Assembly: GCA_040390725.1 (NCBI GenBank)
Contig: JAZJXT010000004.1
Span: 30,026 to 94,025 of the forward strand
From: Patescibacteria group bacterium
Lineage (GTDB): Bacteria; Patescibacteriota; Minisyncoccia; Phycocordibacterales; UBA9973
Direction of reading: 5' to 3'
DNA: 64,000 nt
A program made the translations under genes and the position numbers. Positions within the stretch are counted from its first letter, which is position 1; each line of letters begins with the position of its first letter. A model generated the notes under the pieces. It had not been told where the DNA came from. It saw only the letters and a program-made list of their open reading frames with translations, and made no database searches. Positions 19,093 through 28,793 of this stretch are shown here, piece after piece.

Positions 19093-19635
19093 ATGAATAA
19101 ATTAAAAATTTTGGCTATTAGCGGGAGCTTAAGGAAATATTCTATAAATACGGGATTATTAAAAGCGGTAGTTGGTTTGGGTGGGGATGATATGGAAATT
19201 ACCCTTGCAGATATTTCAACTTTACCTATGTATAATCAAGACCTAGAAGCAAGTTTCCCGGAAGTAGTTACAAATCTGAAAAAACAAATTAGTGAAGCCG
19301 ACGGAGTTATTATCGCTACGCCGGAATTTAATAGGTCAATTCCCGGCGCTTTGAAAAATATGCTTGATTGGACTTCGAGGCCTTATGGTGATGCTACCTG
19401 GAAAGGCAAACCCGTAGCGACAATGGGCGCAACCACGAGCACCCTAGGCACAGGGCTCGCTCAATATCACTTAAAACAAATTTTACTTTATTTGAACACG
19501 CATGTATTGGGGCAGCCGGAATTTTATCTAAACGCTTCTGAAAAATTCGACAAAGAAGGGAATTTGACCGACGAAAAAACCAAAGAACATATCAAAAAAC
19601 TACTGGATGTTTTTGGGCAACATATAAAAAGTTAA
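19093..19635 (+). CDS. NAD(P)H-dependent FMN reductase (flavodoxin-like fold)
   Basis: MNKLKILAISGSLRKYSINTGL N-terminal flavodoxin-like motif and VIIATPEFNRSIPGALKNMLDW, typical of the FMN_red family. Confidence 0.75.
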   Translation: MNKLKILAISGSLRKYSINTGLLKAVVGLGGDDMEITLADISTLPMYNQDLEASFPEVVTNLKKQISEADGVIIATPEFNRSIPGALKNMLDWTSRPYGDATWKGKPVATMGATTSTLGTGLAQYHLKQILLYLNTHVLGQPEFYLNASEKFDKEGNLTDEKTKEHIKKLLDVFGQHIKS

Positions 19636-19813
19636 GATATTGACTTTGTCTTTAAATGATGTAATCTTTTGATAGATTTGTCCGTTTTCCTCTTTGAATC
19701 AAATTTAGCATTTTGGCACTTTTATATTTATTAAAAGGTTCTAAAATGCTGAATTTGATTATCTTTACAATAGAGTAGAGAGTCATAGGAGGTAAACTTT
19801 AAAAATTAAATAG

Positions 19814-20671
19814 ATGAATTTAACATCTTTTTGGCAAGTGGGAACACTAGTATCGCTTGCTTTGATAGTATTCTTTGTATTGCTTTATTATCTAGCTTGT
19901 TTAAAAAAATTTACAGCTCTTAACGAAAGAAGTTTTAAAAAAAATCCTTCTTTTTCTAATTCTTTTAAGGAACTTTATAATGTCCTAAGTGTTTTGCACA
20001 AAATTCGGGGTCTTGAAGCAGTTTTTTTCAAAAATCAGTACATTAATCTTATAAATTTGTATATTCAACGAATAATTTTTGAATTAGAACAAATTAAGTA
20101 TTTTCAAGAACGGCACGGAGAAATATTCAAGAATACACGAATATCCTTCCTCCATCAGTGGATAAAAATAACAACTTTTCTTTTCGAAGAAGATGAAGCT
20201 GAAGACTATGTGCTTAAAGAAAAGGGAAGTTTAGGCCGATGTGCTGAACTATTTTCACTATTCGGAGATTCGATGGAAAGTAAATTGAGTGAATTATACA
20301 TGAAACAGGCTCTTCTGGTATTAAAAAATGAAGGGTATAGCGCACTCTCTGCTTTTCTTGGTACATATGGAAAAATTAGTTCTAGGTATGGGAGTTTTGG
20401 TGGCATGATACCTGTTTCAATAATTAGCAGTGAGCTTAACCAAAATTTTTTAGTGACATACTGCAAGGAAATCACTGAACAATTACGACGAGAAGTGAAT
20501 ATTATTAAAAAGACCGGTTCTTCAAAAGAAAAATATGTTGAGTTGTTAAATACTTATATATTTAATTTTTTTAAAACAATTAGGCCTGTTTATTTTGAAC
20601 TTTTTAAAAGAAGTCAGGAATATTATGAGCTTAAAGGTTTAATCGAAAACATTAAATTTGCGGCAAAATAA
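19814..20671 (+). CDS. Hypothetical protein with N-terminal TM helix (285 aa)
   Basis: N-terminal hydrophobic segment LVSLALIVFFVLLYYLA. No recognisable domain. Followed by a terminator. Confidence 0.4.
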   Translation: MNLTSFWQVGTLVSLALIVFFVLLYYLACLKKFTALNERSFKKNPSFSNSFKELYNVLSVLHKIRGLEAVFFKNQYINLINLYIQRIIFELEQIKYFQERHGEIFKNTRISFLHQWIKITTFLFEEDEAEDYVLKEKGSLGRCAELFSLFGDSMESKLSELYMKQALLVLKNEGYSALSAFLGTYGKISSRYGSFGGMIPVSIISSELNQNFLVTYCKEITEQLRREVNIIKKTGSSKEKYVELLNTYIFNFFKTIRPVYFELFKRSQEYYELKGLIENIKFAAK

Positions 20672-20696
20672 TAGTAAGTTTATTAATGTTATGATT

Positions 20697-20729
20697 TTAC
20701 CAATCCTTTCGGGGGTTGGTAATTTTTTT
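20697..20729 (+). terminator. Rho-independent terminator
   Basis: TTACCAATCC-TTTCG-GGGGTTGGTAA hairpin followed by TTTTTTT. Confidence 0.55.
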
Positions 20730-20782
20730 GTATAAAAAATAGTAAATTTTATTTTTGAATTTAAATATGCTAATATGCATAT

Positions 20783-23700
20783 ATGATATCGCGTATATAT
20801 GTGGCGACAAAAGTTAAAGACAGCCGGGCTTTGGGCTTTATGAAGTCTTTTAAAGGGCTGGGTTTGTCTGGAAAAGTCGCAAATGTTGCAGTGCTTGATT
20901 CCTATTTGATTGATTCTGATATATTTAAAGAAAACTCCAAAGAAATGATAATGAGGTCAGCCGGAGCTTTGACTAATCCAATTTTAGAGAAATTTTCTAT
21001 AAATGAATTGCCGGCGGATAAGGATTTTAATTATGTTATTGAAATAGGATTCTTGCCGGGGGTGACGGACAATATAGCGCATACGGCAAAAGAAACTATT
21101 TCAGATTTATTAAAACTTAAAGATGATGCAAGGCTGGAAATTTATACTTCAAAAGTTTTTTTAATTTCCGGAAGCATAAATGTAAAAGATATAGAAAAAA
21201 TCGCTTCTTCACTCTACAATCCTTTGATTGAGCGCGCATATATTGCAAGTGCAAGAGAAATAAAACAAATAGGCGGTTTGCCTTTAGAGACTCCGCAAGT
21301 TATTTTGCCGGATCAAAAATCAGTGATAAATGTATCACTCCGAGCGCCTGACGAAGAGCTTGTTAAAATAGGTAGTGAAGGCATAATGGATGAAAATGGA
21401 AAAAGGCGCGGTCCACTTTCGCTCGATTTAGTTTCAATGAAAGTCATTCAGGCACATTTTGAAAAAATGGGACGCGACCCTCGAGATATTGAAATAGAAT
21501 CTTTGGCGCAGACATGGTCTGAGCATTGCAAGCATACTATTTTTGCAAATCCGATAGATGATATCAAAGACGGTTTATATAAAACTTATATAAAAGGCGC
21601 GACGAAATTAATCCGTGAACAAAAAGGAAATAAAGATTTTTGTGTTTCTGTTTTTTCCGATAATGCCGGCGGAATTATTTTTGATGATAATTATTTAGTA
21701 ACGCATAAAGTAGAAACTCACAATAGCCCTTCGGCACTTGATCCATTCGGTGGATCTATCACAGGCATTGTTGGAGTCAATCGCGATACAATTGGTTTCG
21801 GCTTAGGCGCGAAGCCTGTCGCGAATGCTTATGGATTTTGTTTTGGAGAACCCTCGGATACAAGGGCATTATTTTTGGATAAAGAAAAAAAACAAAAAAT
21901 GTTTTCTCCGAAAAGAATAATGGAAGGTGTTATAAAAGGCATAAATGCTGGGGGGAATTGTTCTGGCATTCCGACAGTTTCAGGTTTTGTAAAATACGAT
22001 GATAGGTTTCGGGGTAAGCCATTGGTCTTTGCCGGCACAGTCGGACTTATTCCAAGAGAAATAAATGGTAAACCTTCTCACGAGAAAAAAGCGCAAGCGG
22101 GGGATTATATCGTAGTTGTCGGTGGGCGAGTCGGAGCTGACGGTATACACGGTGCTACATTTTCATCAGTTGCGATGGATTCCAAATCTCCGGCTGCTGC
22201 AGTACAAATAGGCGACCCTATAACTCAGAAAAAATTAAGTGATGCAATAGTAAAAGAAGCTCGTGATATGGATTTGTATAACAGCATTACCGACAATGGT
22301 GCCGGAGGAATTTCTTGTTCCATCGCAGAGATGGCTCGAGAATGTAATGGCGCAAAAGTTGAATTAGAAAAAGTGCCGTTGAAATATCCAGGGTTACGAC
22401 CTTGGGAAATTTGGATTTCAGAATCACAAGAGAGGATGACTTTGGCTATCCCTCCAAAAAAGTGGGAAGTTTTTAGAAAATTAATGGAGAGCAGAGGAGT
22501 GGAGGCGACGGTAGTCGGTGAATTTACTGATTCCGGGAATTGCGTTGTGAATTATAATGGTAAAAATATTATGGAAATGACTCTTGATTTTCTTCATAAT
22601 GGATTGCCAAAAAGGCAATTAGAAACTACACCAGTTATACATACTTTTCCTGAACCAAAAATAACAAAAGAGTCTCGTGCAAAAATTTTAGAAGAATTAT
22701 TATCAAATAATAATATAGGCGGATCATCTTTTATTGCTGAACAATATGATCACGAAGTGCAAGCTTCCTCTGTCCTGAAGCCTCTCTCGGGTGCGGGTAA
22801 AATAAATACTGATGCGCAAGTTTTCGCTCCTGTGCTCAGCTCAAAAAAGGGCGTAGTAGTTTCTACTGGTGTGTATCCCTCTTATGGGGACATCAGTACT
22901 TACCATATGGCATCTTGCGCATTAGATACTGCTGTCAGGAATATTATTTGTGCCGGAGGTACGCTAAGCCATTTAGCAATACTTGATAACTTTTGCTGGT
23001 GTTCATCAGATGATAAAGTTCGCCTGGCAGAACTCGTGGATGCAGTGAAGGCTTGTTATAAATACGCAGTAGGCTACAGCACTCCGTTTATTTCCGGAAA
23101 AGACAGTATGTTTAATGATTTCAAAGGTTATGATGAAAAAGGAAATCCAATAAAAATTTCTATACCACCGACATTGCTTATATCCGGCATAAGCGTCACG
23201 CAAGATATTTCAAAAACTATATCTCCTGAATTTAAAAATGCAGGAGACATTATTTATTTATTGGGTGATACATATGATGAAATGGGTGCGAGTGAATATT
23301 TTAAATTATTAGCTAAAAAAGAAGTCCACCCCGCCTTAAAAGGCACCCCTCAAGAGGGGAATTTATCAATCGGTAGTAATGTTCCGCAAGTTGATTTAGG
23401 AAAAAATCTAAAAACTTATTTAGTATTAGAAGATGCAATTAAAAAAGAATTAATAAATTCCGCAATTTCTCTAAATTCCGGTGGTTTGGCTGTGGCTTTA
23501 GCGAAAGCCTCAGTAGGCGGAATGTTGGGATGCAAAGTAAATATTAAAAATATACCCGGAAATAATTCCTCAGATGATGCGAAATTATTTTCTGAAAGCC
23601 AAGGTAGAATTTTAGTTTCCATATCACAGGAAAATGTTAAAAAATTTGAAAAGATAATTCTGGCAATACCGCGAGCAGAACTCGGTAAAGTCACTAAAAA

Positions 23701-23803
23701 CGGAAAGTTTGAAATTGTGAATAATAAAAATAAAACAATTATCAAAACAGATATAAAGAAATTAAAAAAGGCTTATCATAGTTTTTCAGAAAGTATGAAA
23801 TAA
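20783..23803 (+). CDS. purL: Phosphoribosylformylglycinamidine synthase subunit PurL with a ~200-aa N-terminal PurS-like extension
   Basis: Linker motif WSEHCKHTIFANPI and duplicated AIRS-like ATP-binding domains (DNGAGGISCSIAEMA). 1006 aa, between small PurL (~740) and large fused PurL (~1300). Confidence 0.9.
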   Translation: MISRIYVATKVKDSRALGFMKSFKGLGLSGKVANVAVLDSYLIDSDIFKENSKEMIMRSAGALTNPILEKFSINELPADKDFNYVIEIGFLPGVTDNIAHTAKETISDLLKLKDDARLEIYTSKVFLISGSINVKDIEKIASSLYNPLIERAYIASAREIKQIGGLPLETPQVILPDQKSVINVSLRAPDEELVKIGSEGIMDENGKRRGPLSLDLVSMKVIQAHFEKMGRDPRDIEIESLAQTWSEHCKHTIFANPIDDIKDGLYKTYIKGATKLIREQKGNKDFCVSVFSDNAGGIIFDDNYLVTHKVETHNSPSALDPFGGSITGIVGVNRDTIGFGLGAKPVANAYGFCFGEPSDTRALFLDKEKKQKMFSPKRIMEGVIKGINAGGNCSGIPTVSGFVKYDDRFRGKPLVFAGTVGLIPREINGKPSHEKKAQAGDYIVVVGGRVGADGIHGATFSSVAMDSKSPAAAVQIGDPITQKKLSDAIVKEARDMDLYNSITDNGAGGISCSIAEMARECNGAKVELEKVPLKYPGLRPWEIWISESQERMTLAIPPKKWEVFRKLMESRGVEATVVGEFTDSGNCVVNYNGKNIMEMTLDFLHNGLPKRQLETTPVIHTFPEPKITKESRAKILEELLSNNNIGGSSFIAEQYDHEVQASSVLKPLSGAGKINTDAQVFAPVLSSKKGVVVSTGVYPSYGDISTYHMASCALDTAVRNIICAGGTLSHLAILDNFCWCSSDDKVRLAELVDAVKACYKYAVGYSTPFISGKDSMFNDFKGYDEKGNPIKISIPPTLLISGISVTQDISKTISPEFKNAGDIIYLLGDTYDEMGASEYFKLLAKKEVHPALKGTPQEGNLSIGSNVPQVDLGKNLKTYLVLEDAIKKELINSAISLNSGGLAVALAKASVGGMLGCKVNIKNIPGNNSSDDAKLFSESQGRILVSISQENVKKFEKIILAIPRAELGKVTKNGKFEIVNNKNKTIIKTDIKKLKKAYHSFSESMK

Positions 23804-23804
23804 A

Positions 23805-25457
23805 ATGGAAAATAAAAATTGCCAAAATTGCAAGAAAGATTTTACGATAAATAAAATTGAACTTACTCAATACGCAAAAATTAACTTAGTTATTCCTGAT
23901 ATTTGTGTTCCATGTCGATGGAAACATCATATGGCTTTTTGGCCGTTTGGTAAATTTAGACAAGGGAAGTCTGATCTTTCAGGGGAAAGACTCATAACAG
24001 TTCTTCCAAATAATGCTAGATATCCTATTTTTACATCAAAAGAATGGTGGAGTGATGCTTGGGATCCGGCATCCTACAGTCAGGAATATGATGAAAATCG
24101 ATCTTTTTTTGATCAACTTAAAGAATTACAAGAGAAAGTTCCTCGTCCGCATCAGCAGGGAGCTCAAAATACTGATTGTGACTGGTGCGACGATGCATGG
24201 GAATCAAAAAATTGTTACCTTTCTCGTTCGACGAAAAAAGCTGAAAATTTACTCTACGGATATCGCGCTATTGAAGTAAAAGATTCAATAGACATATCGC
24301 ATGTTTTTACTTTAGATCAATGCTATGATTGCACATACTGCTTTAGATCTTATAATTTACTTTTTTCAAAAAATTGCCGAGATTGTATGGAGAGCGCTTT
24401 TCTTTTTGATTGTCGTAATTCGTCAAATTGTTTTATGTGTTGGAACTTGCGAGGCAAATCGTATTGCATAGAAAATATGCAATACACAAAAGAAGAATAT
24501 CAAGAAAAAATGAAGTCGATTAATCTCGGTTCGTATTCCGAGCTTGAAAGATTTAAAAATCGTTATGCGGAAATCTTGAAAGAAAATGCCGTTCATAGGG
24601 AAAATTTTAATGTTAAAACATATAATTCCACCGGAACCTATATGTCTGATTGCAACAACTGCACAAATGTATTTTTTTGGGAGGATTCAGAAAATTGTAT
24701 AAATTGTTTGCGCGGACTGAAAACCAAAGACTCAATCGACATGACTGGTTGTTGGTATGTTGAAGTTTCCGGAAACAATAGTTGTTGTACTAATTCTTAC
24801 GACCTTAAATATTCTATTTGGTGTGATGGAGCTAAGTACTCAGAATATTGCGATCAATGCCTCGAGGTGGATTATTGTTTCGGTTGCATCGGCTTGCGCA
24901 AGAAAAAATATTGCATTTTAAATAAACAATATACCAAAGCAGAATACGAAGTTCTTATAGAAAAAATTATTTCTGACATGAAGGCTCGCGGTGAATACGG
25001 AAAATTTCCGCCATATTCTTTGGGCTTATGTCCATACAATTTTTCTACCGGAGCAATTTATTTTCCGGAAGTTACCAAAGAATACATAAAAGAAAGAGGA
25101 GGGTATTGGGAAGAAGATAACGGGCAACAGGCGGAGGGATTGCCCACCTCCGAGCTCCCGGATTCTATTTCTGATGTGGATTCTTCGATTACCAGACAGG
25201 CTCTCGTCTGTCCCGTAACCGGCTGGAGGTACAATATAGCCGAAGCCGAATTAGCATTTTTGAAACGAAAAAATATTGCATTACCTAGGTTGCATTTCGA
25301 TGTACGTACTAAAAAACGATTACTTACTATTAGTCAAACAAAAAGTGAACCTTATGTCTGCACCTACTGTTCGAAAAATATTATCGCTTATTATCCAAAA
25401 GATTGGGGATACAAGAAAATAGCCTGCGAAGAATGTTATAAAAAGGAAGTTTATTAA
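23805..25457 (+). CDS. Cysteine-rich protein with N- and C-terminal zinc-ribbon knuckles and internal C-x2-C repeats; paralog of 58738..60435
   Basis: N-terminal NCQNCKKDF...CVPCRW; C-terminal CTYCSK...CEECYKKEVY; two internal repeated halves each ending K(S/K)YCIxNxQYTKxEYE. Start is 2 nt after the purL stop. Confidence 0.6.
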   Translation: MENKNCQNCKKDFTINKIELTQYAKINLVIPDICVPCRWKHHMAFWPFGKFRQGKSDLSGERLITVLPNNARYPIFTSKEWWSDAWDPASYSQEYDENRSFFDQLKELQEKVPRPHQQGAQNTDCDWCDDAWESKNCYLSRSTKKAENLLYGYRAIEVKDSIDISHVFTLDQCYDCTYCFRSYNLLFSKNCRDCMESAFLFDCRNSSNCFMCWNLRGKSYCIENMQYTKEEYQEKMKSINLGSYSELERFKNRYAEILKENAVHRENFNVKTYNSTGTYMSDCNNCTNVFFWEDSENCINCLRGLKTKDSIDMTGCWYVEVSGNNSCCTNSYDLKYSIWCDGAKYSEYCDQCLEVDYCFGCIGLRKKKYCILNKQYTKAEYEVLIEKIISDMKARGEYGKFPPYSLGLCPYNFSTGAIYFPEVTKEYIKERGGYWEEDNGQQAEGLPTSELPDSISDVDSSITRQALVCPVTGWRYNIAEAELAFLKRKNIALPRLHFDVRTKKRLLTISQTKSEPYVCTYCSKNIIAYYPKDWGYKKIACEECYKKEVY

Positions 25458-25486
25458 AATAAGCTTTTTGTGCTATAATTTGGCTT

Positions 25487-26542
25487 ATGATTTTGAATTT
25501 GGTGAAAATTTTCTTGCCGACGGCCTTTGCCTTTTTTTTAGGTATTTTTATCACACCTTTTGCCACTCACTTTTTTTATAAATATAAAATGTGGAAGAAA
25601 TACGCTCGCACAGAAGAAGTAACAAATAAAGATTTTAAAAAAATACACAACAATGAAGTAGAATTAAAAACACCGCGAGTGGGAGGCATTATTATTTGGG
25701 TTTCAGTATTATTTACTATCTTACTTTTTTATTTAATATCGATAATTTTTCCTACACCTATATTTTCAAAAATAAATTTTCTTTCCAGGAACCAAACCCT
25801 CATTCCATTATTCACTTTACTTTTTGGCTCACTATTGGGTCTGTGGGATGACTTGATACAAATATACGGCACGGGTAGGTTTGCGCGTGATGACAAATCT
25901 TGGCGTAACTGGAAAGCTTTTTTAATCGCATTTCTTTCACTCTTGGTTGGTATTTGGTTTTTTTATAAATTAGGCATGCACTCTATACATATTCCATTTG
26001 ATGGTATTTGGGAATTAGGTATTTTAATAATTCCACTTTTTATAATTGTAGCTCTAGCTACTTTTTCCGGCGGAGTAATAGATGGCATTGACGGACTTTC
26101 CGGGGGAGTATTGGCTTCTATTTTTGGAGCTTATTCTGCTATTGCCTTTGCAAATAATCAGATAGACCTAGCGGCTTTTTCCGGAGTCATTACCGGAGGA
26201 ATCTTGGCATTTTTATGGTTCAATATTCCACCAGCTAGATTTTACATGGGGGAGACGGGCATGATGGGGCTCACTATCACCCTGGCAACATTGGCATTTA
26301 TGACTGATTCAGTTTTGGTCTTGCCTGTTATTGCTTTACCTCTCGTCATCACTTCATTGTCAGTGCTCTTGCAAATGTTTTCCAAAAAATTTAGAAATGG
26401 AAAAAAGATTTTTAAAATAGCACCGATACATCATCATTTTGAAGCTATCGGCTGGCCATCATACAAAGTGACCATGCGTTTCTGGATTTTGTCTTTAGTG
26501 TTTGCAATTATTGGAATAATCTTGGCTATTATCAGCAGATAA
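25487..26542 (+). CDS. mraY: Phospho-N-acetylmuramoyl-pentapeptide transferase
   Basis: Polytopic membrane protein with KTPRVGG (cf. KxGTPTMGG), WDDLIQIY (DDxxD) and IDGIDGLSGG motifs. Directly upstream of ftsW-murG. Confidence 0.75.
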   Translation: MILNLVKIFLPTAFAFFLGIFITPFATHFFYKYKMWKKYARTEEVTNKDFKKIHNNEVELKTPRVGGIIIWVSVLFTILLFYLISIIFPTPIFSKINFLSRNQTLIPLFTLLFGSLLGLWDDLIQIYGTGRFARDDKSWRNWKAFLIAFLSLLVGIWFFYKLGMHSIHIPFDGIWELGILIIPLFIIVALATFSGGVIDGIDGLSGGVLASIFGAYSAIAFANNQIDLAAFSGVITGGILAFLWFNIPPARFYMGETGMMGLTITLATLAFMTDSVLVLPVIALPLVITSLSVLLQMFSKKFRNGKKIFKIAPIHHHFEAIGWPSYKVTMRFWILSLVFAIIGIILAIISR

Positions 26543-26543
26543 A

Positions 26544-27650
26544 ATGGCAAAAACAAAAACAATTGATAGATTTTTCTTAATAATAATTTTGATTCTGATT
26601 TCCGTTGGTGTGGCTATGTTTATTTCTGCATCATTGGGAATCCTGGCAAAAAATGAAAAGATTTTTTATTCAGTTCTTACGAGCCAGCTAGTGCTCGGTC
26701 TAGGGTTTGGACTTGTCGGCATGTATATTGCCTTAAAAATAAACTACAAATTTTGGCAAAGATACTCTCTGCATATTTTCATAGCTTCTATTTTATTGAC
26801 AGCAGCTGTATTTATTCCTCACTTAGGCTGGAACCACGGAGGAGCGACGAGATGGATAAAGTTAGGCCCTGTTTCTTTTCAACCGGCAGAAATATTAAAA
26901 TTTGGTTTTATTATTTATTTTTCGGCATGGCTTTCTTGGACAAAAAATAAAGTAAAGGATTTTAAATTCAGCATACTACCCCTAGGCATCATGCTCGCAG
27001 TCATCGCCGCTATTTTATTTAAACAACCGGACACAAAAAGTTTTATCTTAATAGCGGTCACAGGCATATCAATGCTTTTTATTTCCGGAGTACCGATAAA
27101 ATATATCTTGGGAGTATTCTTTGGGGCAATATTTGTTCTCGGTTCTTTGGTATTTTTTACGCCATACCTCCAACAACGCGTAAAAACATTTATTGATCCA
27201 TCACAGGATGCCAGAGGGTCTTCTTATCAAATACAACAATCATTAATAGCTCTCGGTTCGGGTGGAGTATTTGGCAGGGGATATGGGCAAAGCATCCAAA
27301 AATTCAGCTACCTGCCGGAACCACAAGGGGACTCTATCTTTGCAGTTCTGGGTGAAGAATTTGGTTTTATCGGGGGATTAGTAACAATATTACTTTATTG
27401 CATTTTTGCTTTACGTGGAATGCGCATCGCCAATAATTCCCCAGACTTATTCGGTAGACTTTTAGTCTCAGGAATTGTTATACTGATTACAGCGCAGTCA
27501 TTCATGAATATAGCTTCGATCACGGGAGTTTTTCCATTGACTGGTGTGCCGCTTGTTTTCATGAGTCATGGAGGTACTTCGCTCATGATATACTTGATGG
27601 CTATAGGTATAATACTTAATATATCAAAATTTCAAAAATATAATATATGA
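26544..27650 (+). CDS. ftsW: SEDS-family peptidoglycan glycosyltransferase FtsW/RodA
   Basis: About ten TM helices, SEDS motifs (PEPQGDSIFAVLGEEFGFIGG; PLTGVPLVFMSHGGTS). Sits in the dcw context between mraY and murG. Confidence 0.8.
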   Translation: MAKTKTIDRFFLIIILILISVGVAMFISASLGILAKNEKIFYSVLTSQLVLGLGFGLVGMYIALKINYKFWQRYSLHIFIASILLTAAVFIPHLGWNHGGATRWIKLGPVSFQPAEILKFGFIIYFSAWLSWTKNKVKDFKFSILPLGIMLAVIAAILFKQPDTKSFILIAVTGISMLFISGVPIKYILGVFFGAIFVLGSLVFFTPYLQQRVKTFIDPSQDARGSSYQIQQSLIALGSGGVFGRGYGQSIQKFSYLPEPQGDSIFAVLGEEFGFIGGLVTILLYCIFALRGMRIANNSPDLFGRLLVSGIVILITAQSFMNIASITGVFPLTGVPLVFMSHGGTSLMIYLMAIGIILNISKFQKYNI

Positions 27651-28777
27651 AAATAATATTTACAGGAGGGGGTACGGGCGGACATTTTTATCCTATTATC
27701 GCCGTAGCCCAAAAAGTCAATCAAATAATAGACCAAGAAAAAATAATAGGTGCCAAGCTTTATTATTTTTCCAACAACCCTTATGACAAAGAGGCCCTAT
27801 TTGAGAATGGATTATTATATGAGGAAATCAATGCCGGCAAGATGCGCACATATTTTTCTATAAGAAACTTCTTTGATATTTTTAAAATATTTTTTGGAGT
27901 ACTAGGTGCAACATACAAAGTATTTACGATTTATCCTGATGTTATTTTTGGCAAAGGAGGATTTGCTTCATTCCCGACTATCGTCGCCGCTAGGATTTTA
28001 AACATACCTGTGATCATTCATGAATCTGACTCTGCTCCTGGACGAGTAAATAAATGGGCGGGAAGTTTTGCAAAAAAAATTGCCATTTCATTTAATGAAG
28101 CCGCAGAGTATTTTCCTAGTAAAAAAATAGCTTGGACTGGCCAACCCATCAGGTCAGAAATAGAACAACCGGCCGAAAGACAAAAGGCTTTGGAATATTT
28201 TAAATTAGAATCCAACATACCTATTATTCTAGTTTTAGGCGGTTCACAAGGTGCTGAACTTATAAATAATACTATCCTAGACGCGTTACCTAGGCTTATA
28301 AAAAATTATCAAATTATTCACCAGACAGGGGTACGGAATTTTAAAATGGTGACTGAGCGTGCACAAGTCGTCATAACAAGCGAAGAAGATAAAGCTAAAT
28401 ATATGCCTATTTCTTTTTTAAATCCCTTGCAAATGAAAATGGCTGCCGGTGCTGCGACCATCATAATCTCTCGTGCAGGCTCAACTTTATTTGAAATTGC
28501 ATCCTGGGGAGTGCCTTCAATTTTAATTCCATTCACCACATCAAATGCTGATCATGCAAGAAAAAATGCATTTAATTATGCGCGTGCCGGAGCATGCAGT
28601 GTAGTGGAAGAAATGAATATGACTGCAAATATTTTAAGTTCGGAAATTGAAAGGATAACAGAAGACAAATCAACCTTGGAAAGAATGGCAAAATCTGCCA
28701 AAGCATTCAGCAGACCTGGAGCTGCACTAAAAATCGCTCGGGAGCTTGTAGATATGGCTTTATCTCACGAGGAATAA
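27647..28777 (+). CDS. murG: UDP-N-acetylglucosamine--N-acetylmuramyl-(pentapeptide) pyrophosphoryl-undecaprenol N-acetylglucosamine transferase
   Basis: N-terminal GGGTGGHFYPIIAVA G-loop, GT-B fold. Confidence 0.85.
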   Translation: MKIIFTGGGTGGHFYPIIAVAQKVNQIIDQEKIIGAKLYYFSNNPYDKEALFENGLLYEEINAGKMRTYFSIRNFFDIFKIFFGVLGATYKVFTIYPDVIFGKGGFASFPTIVAARILNIPVIIHESDSAPGRVNKWAGSFAKKIAISFNEAAEYFPSKKIAWTGQPIRSEIEQPAERQKALEYFKLESNIPIILVLGGSQGAELINNTILDALPRLIKNYQIIHQTGVRNFKMVTERAQVVITSEEDKAKYMPISFLNPLQMKMAAGAATIIISRAGSTLFEIASWGVPSILIPFTTSNADHARKNAFNYARAGACSVVEEMNMTANILSSEIERITEDKSTLERMAKSAKAFSRPGAALKIARELVDMALSHEE

Positions 28778-28793
28778 ATGCTAGAATAGCACT

